This document shows, one piece after another, positions 36,032 through 45,579 of a stretch of 64,000 bases of DNA. The translations under genes were made by a program, and so were the position numbers. Every line of letters starts with the position of its first letter. The stretch's first letter is position 1. The notes beneath the pieces were generated by a model, which saw only the letters and a program-made list of their open reading frames with translations, had not been told where the DNA came from and searched no databases. Origin of the DNA: Podarcis muralis (taxonomy: Eukaryota); assembly GCF_964188315.1 (NCBI RefSeq), contig NC_135668.1, forward strand, positions 30,070,001 through 30,134,000, in the 5' to 3' direction.

Positions 36032-39000
36032 TTATCGGGCCACAGCATGTACATAGGTAGTCCATGGTCCACATACCACGTCTACTACACGTAGACCCCA
36101 GTCCACAAAGCAGGACACCCTCTTTGCCTCATCAGAGCTGGCTGTCTGCCCATGCCCCAGTTGGCCATATTTACCTGCAACCAAGAAGAGCTATTGGCAC
36201 CAGTTTGCCCTTGGAGCAGGAAGAGAAGATGGAGTGCTAACCCTAAGGGCAGCTGTAATCCACCCCCCAGCTTACTTACCCCAGCCCCAGGTGTAGAGCT
36301 CTCCTGTACCTGAAATACAAGGATGACCTGTGTTTAACTGAGGTTGTTGAAGGATAACAGTTGAGCACCTCTTTGGGGGAATGGGGCAGATCCAAGAAAC
36401 AATGGAAAAGGAGAAACCTTCAGGACCCTTTTACGCTATGTTGTGATTTCCCAACCATGCAAAAACCAAAGAGCTTGCGCTGTTTAGGAACTCCATGTGC
36501 AGCAATTTTGACAGTAAGCAGTTTTGGGAGGGCTGCTGGGCATCCTTACACATAAACTGTGTTAGACGTCACACACATTTTACGCTTGTTTGTCCTTCAC
36601 TCTTGGATGTTTCCCCTTCCACAAATGAGGCTCAGGCGGACAGCAACAGCCCCAGGATATTTTTCAGGTACTAGGCAGTGAAGCCTTCATCCTGCTGTCC
36701 CTGTGCTCCCCTCACTGAAAGACAAACCCAGCGTCCTCTTACATGTCACAGCAGCGGTGTGTCGTGAACCACAGCTGATCTTACAGACATCTGCCCCATC
36801 TGGCATATCCAGCAAAGCAGGGAAGGCTTGGATCGAAATGAATGCAGCCTTGCAGGGTCCTTGTGCTGCCTCCTGCTCTGCCAAGCTCAACTCCGTGTTC
36901 CCTAGAAACAACCCAGTATAAATAAAACTACCAAAGTCAACTCATACCCCAGCAACAGCTGTGGGGTGTAGTGTATGTTTGCTCTGGGCCAAGTTTGCCA
37001 ACAGAGCATCTAGCTCTGTCCCAGAAGTGGCCTCACCTCTCTTCACCTCTGCCGTGGTGGCTCTACTCTCAGCCACAGATTTGGAAGGTAGGGCCAGTTG
37101 TCCCGTCTCGTTCCAGCCCCAGACGTACAAATCACCTGCTTCTGGCAGAGAGTGAGAAAGAGAGCAGCTAGGAACTCTGTCCAGGACCAACGTGGCCTTT
37201 TCCCCCAAGGAAGAGGCCTCATAGGGCTGGCAAAATATATTCTCCAGTGAAAGCTGGTTCTGGCCCTATGAGGGATTTGGCTTCTCATGCAGAGGGGAGT
37301 TTATTATTTGAAAGCGATGGGAATGGGAAGGGCTGTAGCAGAAGCCTCACCCCCATCTTTATATTTTTGGGTTTATAACTTTAAGAAAGATTAAGACAGA
37401 AAAAGTAAATAAGGGCAAAGGAGGTAACTGTTAGCAGTATCTTTAACAGCTGTGAAGAAAGGGGAACTTCACTTCTGTAGGAGATGCATCTCTCAAAACC
37501 CCCATGAACAATTTAAGCAGCAGCAGTGGCTGATTGATGGTCTTAAGTCAGCCCTGGCCATGGAGGGAGGAGGTCCAACAAAAATATGTGGACAGCCACA
37601 GGGTCCCTGCCTCTGTTCAAGGAGCAGGAGCCCAGTTAACCCCTGACACCACATCAACAAGCCTCAAGAGGTTGGCATCAACACTTCCGTTGATATTTTT
37701 GTTGCTATTGTTATTACCAATGTAAAAAAGCAACACACAAACACACAAAATGTAAATGTAAAAAAGCAACACACAAGTCTATTTTGGGGTGCTGGAATCC
37801 CTAGCTAGTCATTGCTTAAGATGGGCCACTGCAGACCATGCCCTCCTGCCCCCTTACCACTAATGCCAGCTGAATGCCATCCTCCAGCCGCCACATCCAC
37901 CAGGGGCACCCCGTACAAGGCTTCCACCAGCTGGGGCTCTGTCCTGCTCTCCAGCTCCCCATGGCCCAACTGCCCGTGCCTGGGAAGAAAAGACAGGAGG
38001 AGGAGGAGGAGTAGCCACCATGCTTCCCCTCCCCCTCCGCCCAATGCAGAAGCCCACCTAGCACTAGGTAAGAACCTAAGAAGAGATCTGCCTGATCTGG
38101 CCAATGACCATTCTAGTCCAACATCCTGTTCTCATATTGGCCAACCAGATGCCTGTGGAAACCCACAAGCAGGATCTGAGCCTAAGAGCACCTCTCCCTT
38201 CCTCTACTGGCTTCCAGTAACTATGGAGGCAGAGCTTGCCATCATGGCTAGTAGTCATTGTGAGTTTTCTCCTCTATGAAGTTGCCCAACCCTCCTCTAA
38301 AGCTGCCAGCCATCACTGCCTCCTGCGGGAGGTCGGTTGCTAGTTTTAACCATAGCCCTGCTAGGAGGGCAACGCTAGTCCTCACCTGCGCCAGACTCAC
38401 CTGCCGCCTCCCCACGAGAAGAGGGCCCCCTCTGTGTTGAGCAGCACCGCATGCTCGTAGCCCAGGGCCAGCTTGCGAGCCTGCAAGGTGGAGGGCAGAG
38501 GGGTGAAGAAAGGGGGCAGAGGGGCCACGTACCCGCCAGGCACCAGGGGCAGCTCTAGGGCAGAAGAGAAAGAGGGTTAGGGGCAGAAGGGATGGCTCAT
38601 CCTGGGGTGCAGCAACAGCTTCCTCTTCTTTCAGGACGGCGCTTCTGCCAGCGCACCCACCTACCTACGGTCGCTGCTTCCTCAGGGAGGATCTCGCACC
38701 TCCACGCCGGCTCTCCTTCCAGGACCAGGGCCGAACCCTCCACCGGCCAGCTCTCCACCGCCGCCTCCCGCAGCACCAGCACGTGCGTCTCCGACGGCAG
38801 CACATCCCGGCAGTCCTCCGGCAGCGCCGCGCACACCGCGCCTTGCAACAGCACCGGGGGGGACCCTGCGGGAGGCAGAAGGCAAGACGGGGCGAGGGGG
38901 GCGGATTGGAGCTCTCAGTCCAAGCGGAGCAGGAGGCAAAGAAAGAATATCGGGGCCACAGAATAGGAGGAACCCCCCCCCCCGCCGCCACCAGAAAGGC

Positions 39001-39474
39001 GGCTTGGGGCCACCATCAAGGCTCATGGAGAAACTTCCCGCTCTCCTCTATCGACGGGATGGGGCTTCTGTGACCTGCCTGGCGTCGTTGCATCTCCCGC
39101 AGCCCCAGCAAGCAGGGGAGGAGTTTGGGGGTGCTGATGGGGGATGCTGAGCAGCATCTCCCCCACGGCCGGGACCCCTTAGTCTGTCCCTTCCATATGT
39201 CTTGGAGCGCGCGGTTCCCCGCTCCTGCTCAGCCTAAGTAAAAGGGGTGGGGAAGCATGAACCCCGCATGGCCCCGGGACTCTGGTGGGTGCCCCTCACC
39301 GCCGGCGCGGACGATCCCGGAGAAGCTCCAGCTCGGCCTCACGCAGCGCACTGGCCCGGCCTCGCCCCCGACCAGCAGCGGCGCCACTTCCAGCCCGGCC
39401 TCCGTCGCCTTCCCGAAGCAGAAGCCGAACTGGAACCAGCCGCCGCCTCCGCCTCCCCGAGCTCCCTCCGCCAT
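36032..39474 (-). CDS. RCCD1: RCC1 domain-containing protein 1, 362 aa
   Basis: Minus exons 39474-39300, 38865-38665, 38554-38401, 37979-37858, 37141-37037, 36901-36743, 36309-36280, 36174-36032 (1089 nt, phases consistent). [80 protein letters not shown]. Confidence 0.95.
38065..38350 (-). mobile_element. CR1 LINE 3' tail in RCCD1 intron 3
   Basis: aagaacctaagaagag...tctagtccaacatcctgttctc...ggccaaccagatgcct, reverse complement of a squamate CR1 tail; similar at 60130-60200. Confidence 0.55.
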
Positions 39475-39664
39475 CTCCGCCGCCCGGAAGGCGAGCGCCT
39501 CTTGCGGCGGGTCGGGGACAAGAGGCGCCTCAGTCGGCAGTCTCCACCCTTTCTCTGACTCTGGCGGAGGCTGCCTTGGGCCGCCCCGGTGTCCCGCTAC
39601 TCTCCTCACCCCACACCCGAAAACAACAACTTGCTCTTTCCGCTCAAAGTTGATGGCTAGTGCC

Positions 39665-40852
39665 GGGACTGGGTAAAAGGCGGATCCAGATGATTTTAAA
39701 CGGATCCTCATGAATTCATATGATTTTTTCATTCAAATTAAATAAAACCACCATGATACTGTAGTGTAGACCATGTCTGTAGGCAGAACCAAAAAAAATC
39801 AGGCATCCACTGTTTCGTGGGACTATGGTGCAAAAACATGGTTAAAAAACACGGATCCTCATGATTTTTGCACTAGATCAGCCCAAAGCCACCATCGGGT
39901 CAACATCATGGCCATGGGCACAGCATGCACCACAAAAAACTCAGATCCAGTTTCCTCGCCATACCATAGCCCAAAAACATGGTTCTGAAGCACGGATCCT
40001 CATGCTTTTTGGATTGGCCCAACCCAAACTTACCGTCAAATCACACATCATAGCCAGGGGCACAGTGTTGGTACTAAAGGGTTAAGAGGTAACAAGTCAC
40101 TCTAATCACTGAGCAGCTGGAAGTCATTAAGCATCCAGGAATGTGAGTTAGTTTGTATAAATAGTCAGTTCACCCGTGTGTCCTTCCCCCCTTCCCCCCT
40201 TTGACCTGACTCGCAGACTCAGTTTGTGGCCATGGGCGTGTTTGCTGATATGAGTTAAGTTTAGAGTAAAGTTTTCTTTATGCTGGAGATAAAAGCATGT
40301 GTGCTTTATCACCAGGGTTTTTTTGTAAATAAAGTTTTTCCTGAGTTCCAAAGTGCTTGCTCCAGGATTCTTCATTGAAAGGTACTGACTCTCCTGCCTT
40401 CTTCAACCGCTGCACGAAATTCTCTGCTGAGATAAGATTTATGGCGTTGGAAGCGCACTGGACGTTTACTTAATATTAAGCTAATTAAAGTTTAATGGAC
40501 ACACAGCCTGCACCACAAAAAACTTGGATCCACAGCTTCCTTGCAACTCCATGGCCCCAAAACGTGGTTCTGAAGCACGGATCCTCATGCATATTCATGC
40601 TTTTTGCATTGGGCCACCCCAAACTCACTGTCAAATCACATATCATAGCCAGGTGCACAGCCTGCACCACAAAAAACTCTGATCCACGGCTTCCTGGCCA
40701 TACCATGGCCCAAAAATGTGGTTTCCTGGCCATACGATGGCCCAAAAACGTGGTTCTGAAGCACGGATCCTCATGGATCCTCATGCTTTTTGCATTGGGC
40801 CACCCCTAACTCACTGTCAAATCACACATAGATCCGCCTTTAACCCAGTCCC
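39665..40852. mobile_element. Non-autonomous TIR element (GGG...CCC, possible 9-bp TSD) with ~145-bp internal tandem repeats
   Basis: 22-bp TIRs gggactgggtaaaaggcggatc (39665-39686) and gatccgcctttaacccagtccc (40831-40852), one mismatch; flanks gctagtgcc / actattgcc (7 of 9 match); four related internal units each containing cacggatcctcatg. Confidence 0.75.
40066..40501 (+). mobile_element. Solo LTR (436 bp) inserted in the TIR element
   Basis: TGT...ACA ends, perfect 5-bp TSD cacag (40061-40065, 40502-40506), TATAAATA 40156-40163, AATAAA 40328-40333; an uninterrupted sister repeat unit (ccaggtgcacagcctgcacc) shows the empty site. Confidence 0.85.
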
Positions 40853-41508
40853 ACTATTGCCATTCAAATGGTGTGCGTGTTAGGATATTTCCGTTCCACC
40901 TTAAGAGAGAGCAGGCTTGTGAGTCACAGAGTCTGCGTATTTCCTGTTACAGGATGTTTATGCTTGCTGTTTCCTTTCGATTTCAGTCGGTCGGAGACAC
41001 TGACACAGAACGGTCATGTTTTCCTTTGTTCTGTTCAACGCTAAATAAAGTCTGTAAATTATGCTCTCTTCTACGGTGCAAGCTTTCTGGCTGTGGTTCT
41101 GCTGATAAAGAACAGTGTGCACAAGCCTGGAATGTGGCAATCTATTTCTGAGGCTTCGTGTCGCTAACTGCTGGATCTGCCTGGCTACGGGAGATCGATG
41201 GAAGTCCGGCAGCCGGCTTGGGGCCATGATGGACTATATCTCCCTGGCAGTTTCCCAACAACAAGGTTTCGGGCCCAGATTCACAGCACCTACAGGAGAG
41301 TAAAGCTGCAACAGACTGCGTTTGAGAGGTATGTGAAAAGCGAAAGCAGCGAGAGCGGAGGCTTTTCTGTTTACCTCAACAAGGAGCCTTTGAACTCCGG
41401 CAAGGCTTAATTGGCCTGGGAGCCAAGCCAGGGAGTTCGTGATTAATGGGCTGCCGAGATAATAAGTCTTTGAAGGCATAAAGACTTGGGCTCACGTAAA
41501 GACCTGAG

Positions 41509-44500
41509 ATGGATCTTTTACAATCCTCAGAAGTAGCTCCGTGTCCACCAAAGCTACATGGGCAGAATTATGAAACCTGGGCAAAATGGTGTGAGAGTTT
41601 GCTGCGTCAGTTTAGGGTGTGGCATACCGTGAGTGAGGCCCCCCCAGTTCCTCTGACAGAGAGATGGAAAGCCGATGATTCGAAGGCGATTGACGTAATA
41701 GTCTTATCCGTATCTCTTGAGGAAATTAAGACGCTGGCTGGCAACACCACTGCACGTGGAATGTGGTATGCTTTGATGAAAGCTCACAACTCAGTTGTCC
41801 CAGCCCAGAGTTTGACTGCATCGGAGGTCCAAGCTGTTTCCCAGAATGCGAGTGTATGCAGGGATGCTGAGGGCACCGGTTGCAAGCTGCAGGGGGAGCA
41901 GACTGTGATGTCATCCCAGGCAGCATTCCAGCCTCCAGAGGGAGCCAAGGAGTCGGCAGCTGAGAGCTCTGTTTCTCGTGAGAACCAAGGTCATCGCCTT
42001 TGCAGAGGCCGGAAAGGCAAAGGTAAACAGGCGTCTGCAGATGGCCCGAAGCAGAAGGGGGGTGAAGAGCCCACGCCAGTGGAAAACAAGGCTTTGTTAG
42101 CTGGCACTGCTTCACCAAAGGCTAAAGGCACGTCTGCTGACCAGAAGCAGGGGGGCAAGCTGCAAAAGCCCACGCCAGTGGAAGACAAGGCTATGTCTGC
42201 TGGCACAGCTTCACCAAAGGCTAAAGGCACGTCTGCTGGCCAGGAGCAGCAGGGGGGCAAGCTGCAAAAGCCCAAGCAAGTGGAAAACAAGGGTTTGCTT
42301 GCTGTGAAGGCTGCTCCAACAGCCAAAGGCAGCTTTGTTGTTGATTCGGGCTGTACCCGCCACATCTCAAAGGATCGGCACCTCTTTATCTCCTTCAAGC
42401 CTCAGGAAGGTGAGATCCACCTGGCTGATGGAAGGACGTTGCAAATTGCAGGAGAAGGGACTGTGAAACTTGCAAGTTTGCACACAACCATCAGCGGGGT
42501 ACTATATGTTCCTGGAGCTGCAAGCAATTTATTGAGCGTCCCGCAGCTTACTGGACGTGGTTTTCAGATTTCCTTCAAGAGGAGCGTCTGTGTCATCAGT
42601 AAAGGCAAAGAGGACTATTTGCATGCAAAGTTTATGGATGGTTTGTTCCATATAACTTATGATGACACTGCTGTTGTATCTAATGCTGATTCTTGTTGTG
42701 TTGCACAAACTAACAAAGTTCTTCATGCAGGTTGCATTCATGAAGCGCATCGAAGGTTTGGTCACCTCTCTTGGAAGGCACTGGCCAAGATGCCAGAGGT
42801 GGTTGAGGGTTTGAACATCAAACCCTGTAAATTTCACATGAAATGTGTATCTTGTGCAGAGAACAAGGTGAAGGTTGCTCCAAAAGGCAAGGAGTCTAGC
42901 AGGCAGGCTTCCAAACCCTACCAGCTAGTGCATGTGGACCTGGTTGGGCCACTTACGCCCTCTTTAGGAGGAGCAAGGTTCTTCATGGTTCTAATTGATT
43001 CTTTTTCTAGGTACATTCATGTGTTTATGCTCGAGCAGAAATCGCAAGCGTTTCCGAAGTTTAAGGCATTCTGTGCTTGGTTGGAGAATGTGCACGGTAA
43101 ACGTATTTCCTGTCTTTTTACCGATCGGGGCGGGGAATTCACTTCTCAGCAGTTTGAAGCTTTCCTGACTGAGAAGGGAATCCAGCATGACATGTCAACC
43201 CCCAGATCGCCATGGATGAATGGGCTTGCGGAGAGAGCAAATCAAACATTGCTGCAAGGAATGAAAACCTTGTTGCATGATGCCAATCTCCCTGATAAGT
43301 TTTGGGGGGAGGCTTTAGGGAATCTGGTTTACTCCGTTAATCGCAGATTGTCATCACCCATTGGTTGTACCCCCTATGAGAAGATGTTTGGCAAGAAACC
43401 CAACACCAAACACATGAGAATTTTTGGTTCTGACATGTGGGTACGCACCCCACAAACCAACAAGCTTGGGAAGCGTGGGGCACATGGTTTGTTCATGGGG
43501 TACGAAAAAGGTGCATACAGGGTATGGATGACTAACTCTAAGTCCATTAAGTTCACAAGGAGTGTTGAGTACAATCCTAAGTGGGGGGAAAATGTGGGAA
43601 TTTTCCAGAGTTACCCAGAGGAGGATGAAGGTGATGTCAAGCAAGCAGCTAAAGCTGAGGAAGCTGCTGAGGATGATGATGATGAGGATGATGATGATGA
43701 TGATCAGAGTTCGGATTCCAGTTCAGTGGGCGGCGCTGCTGCTGATGTCAGTGAGAGTGATGACACAGCAGACTACAAGAGTGCAAAGGCCTCAGTCAGA
43801 CCATCTGATGCGTCTGACAATGAACTGGAAGAACCACTGTTCACCATTGGTCATTTTTCTCCTAAGAAAGAGGAGATGAGTCCAGAAGACTTGCGTCTAG
43901 TACGTAGGTCTGAAAGGGCGACCAAAGGCAGACCTCCTAAGAGGTATGCTGATGAGTTTGCTAAGACAGCAACTGCTGTTCTTAGTAGCTCAGAGAAGGT
44001 GTGGGAACCTTCAAGCTTCAAAGAGGTTCAGGAGTTAACCTCTAAAGATGCTGAGCCTTGGCTAAATGCCATGAAGGCTGAAGTTGATTCCTTGAACAGG
44101 AACCAAACTTGGGAGCTGGTACCGGTAGTCCCAGGTATGAGACTGGTAGGCAGCAAATGGGTCTTCAAGGCCAAGACAGACCAGAATGGCAAGGTAGTCA
44201 GACACAAAGCCAGATTGGTTGCCAGAGGTTTTTCACAGGTACCAGGACAGGATTACCACGAGACCTACTCACCCACCGTCAAATATGAGAGCATTCGGCT
44301 GATGCTCAAGATCGCTGCGGAGGAGAAACTGCATGTTTCTCATCATGACATTAATACAGCTTTTTTGTACGGGATTTTGAACGAGGAGCTGTTTATGCTT
44401 CCACCTGACGGGATGCAGATACAGAAGGGAATGGTCTGTAAACTGCGGAAATCCTTATATGGTCTCAAGCAGAGTGCTAGGTGTTGGAACACAAAACTCA

Positions 44501-45579
44501 CTGAAACGTTGCTTTCTCTAGGTTTTCACCAGGGCAAAGCTGATCCATGTGTGTTTGTTAAGGAGGAGGGGCAAAACAAACTGTATTGTTTATGTTTTGT
44601 TGATGATCTTCTGATGTTTTGGAAGAATCAGGCTTTCTATCAAAGCACCCTAGCTCAGCTGAAGGAGCACTTTGACATGAAGGATCTTGGTGAGGTATCC
44701 AACTATCTTTCTCTGCAGGTGGAGAAGGACCAAGCAGGTAATTTTCTGGTACACCAAACACAGAAAATTGCTGATGTATTAACCAGGTTGAATTTGGTTG
44801 ATGCAAACCCAGCAGACACACCGATGGTGACAGGTTACCAGGTAGACAGTACTGCTGAAGCGTTTTCTGACACAACGCTGTACAGATGCATTCTAGGTAA
44901 GCTGAATTTCATTGCCAGATGTTCAAGACCTGACATAGCTGTAAGCTGTAATCTGCTTAGCAGACATGCCAACAATCCTACGGTTCAGGATTGGAAAGCT
45001 CTGAAGCGCATAGCCCGCTATTTGAAAGGGACTATGCACTACAGGCTGAGGTTCACCAGTCAGAAGACTGGAGGTCTTGAAATCTTTGCAGATGCAAGTT
45101 TTGGAAGTGACACCACAGATGGTACAAGCACTTCTGGAGTGTGCTACATGTACAACCACTGCCTGTTTGACTGGTTGTGCAAGAAGCAAACAACAGTGAG
45201 CCTAAGTTCCTGTGAAGCAGAACTCAATGCTCTGTCATTTTCACTCATGGATTGTGAATGGTTGATGCAACTGTTTAAGGACATCGGGGTTTCTGTGAAA
45301 TGTCCTATACAAGTGTATCAAGACAATAGATCGTGTTTGGCTTTGCTGAACTCCGAGAGTTGCAAGCAAAGAACCAAGTACTTGCAGATTAAGCTACATC
45401 GTGCAAGAGAGTGTATTCAAAAGGGACTGATTCGGGTGTCCTACATGGCAGGAAATGAAATTCCTGCTGATCTGTTGTCTAAGGTTGTTAACAAAGAACA
45501 ACTTAAGGTTTACACACAGAGGTTGCAATTGGGTGAACCACAGGTACTACAGGTTACACGGAAAGGGGGAGGATGTTAG
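41509..45579 (+). CDS. Copia Gag-Pol polyprotein, 1356 aa
   Basis: Uninterrupted ORF: Gag N-terminus PKLHGQNYETW; protease FVVDSGCTRH; HHCC zinc region (HRRFGH...CVSC); integrase LVHVDLVGP / TDRGGEF / NGLAERAN; RT HHDINTAFLYG, LRKSLYGLKQSARCW, FVDD; RNase H FADAS / EAELNA / QDNRS / ADLLSK. Stop codon (GGA TGT TAG) lies inside the 3' LTR. Confidence 0.97.
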   Translation: MDLLQSSEVAPCPPKLHGQNYETWAKWCESLLRQFRVWHTVSEAPPVPLTERWKADDSKAIDVIVLSVSLEEIKTLAGNTTARGMWYALMKAHNSVVPAQSLTASEVQAVSQNASVCRDAEGTGCKLQGEQTVMSSQAAFQPPEGAKESAAESSVSRENQGHRLCRGRKGKGKQASADGPKQKGGEEPTPVENKALLAGTASPKAKGTSADQKQGGKLQKPTPVEDKAMSAGTASPKAKGTSAGQEQQGGKLQKPKQVENKGLLAVKAAPTAKGSFVVDSGCTRHISKDRHLFISFKPQEGEIHLADGRTLQIAGEGTVKLASLHTTISGVLYVPGAASNLLSVPQLTGRGFQISFKRSVCVISKGKEDYLHAKFMDGLFHITYDDTAVVSNADSCCVAQTNKVLHAGCIHEAHRRFGHLSWKALAKMPEVVEGLNIKPCKFHMKCVSCAENKVKVAPKGKESSRQASKPYQLVHVDLVGPLTPSLGGARFFMVLIDSFSRYIHVFMLEQKSQAFPKFKAFCAWLENVHGKRISCLFTDRGGEFTSQQFEAFLTEKGIQHDMSTPRSPWMNGLAERANQTLLQGMKTLLHDANLPDKFWGEALGNLVYSVNRRLSSPIGCTPYEKMFGKKPNTKHMRIFGSDMWVRTPQTNKLGKRGAHGLFMGYEKGAYRVWMTNSKSIKFTRSVEYNPKWGENVGIFQSYPEEDEGDVKQAAKAEEAAEDDDDEDDDDDDQSSDSSSVGGAAADVSESDDTADYKSAKASVRPSDASDNELEEPLFTIGHFSPKKEEMSPEDLRLVRRSERATKGRPPKRYADEFAKTATAVLSSSEKVWEPSSFKEVQELTSKDAEPWLNAMKAEVDSLNRNQTWELVPVVPGMRLVGSKWVFKAKTDQNGKVVRHKARLVARGFSQVPGQDYHETYSPTVKYESIRLMLKIAAEEKLHVSHHDINTAFLYGILNEELFMLPPDGMQIQKGMVCKLRKSLYGLKQSARCWNTKLTETLLSLGFHQGKADPCVFVKEEGQNKLYCLCFVDDLLMFWKNQAFYQSTLAQLKEHFDMKDLGEVSNYLSLQVEKDQAGNFLVHQTQKIADVLTRLNLVDANPADTPMVTGYQVDSTAEAFSDTTLYRCILGKLNFIARCSRPDIAVSCNLLSRHANNPTVQDWKALKRIARYLKGTMHYRLRFTSQKTGGLEIFADASFGSDTTDGTSTSGVCYMYNHCLFDWLCKKQTTVSLSSCEAELNALSFSLMDCEWLMQLFKDIGVSVKCPIQVYQDNRSCLALLNSESCKQRTKYLQIKLHRARECIQKGLIRVSYMAGNEIPADLLSKVVNKEQLKVYTQRLQLGEPQVLQVTRKGGGC
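42020..42330 (+). repeat. ~99-102-bp coding tandem repeat (3 copies) in copia Gag
   Basis: gccc(acgcca/aagcaa)gtggaa(a/g)acaag recurs at ~42069, 42168 and 42270; peptide (Q)GGKLQKPTPVE(N/D)KA..AGTASPKAKGTSA. Confidence 0.9.

Noticed and set aside
39773-40809. Short ORFs with repeated peptides (VVLKHGSS..., LTVKSHIIAR)
   Set aside because: Translations of the ~145-bp repeat units; no transposase motif.
39788-40830. Regular repeats that might suggest a CRISPR-like array
   Set aside because: Units are long, degenerate and contiguous with no unique spacers; eukaryotic DNA with no cas genes.
40873-41303. ORFs duplicated at 45455-46125 (for example MAPSRLPDF..., MCTSLECG...)
   Set aside because: Chance translations of the two identical LTRs, not duplicated genes.
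43672-43702. (GAT)n run in the copia ORF
   Set aside because: Encodes the acidic linker between integrase and RT; ordinary low-complexity spacer.
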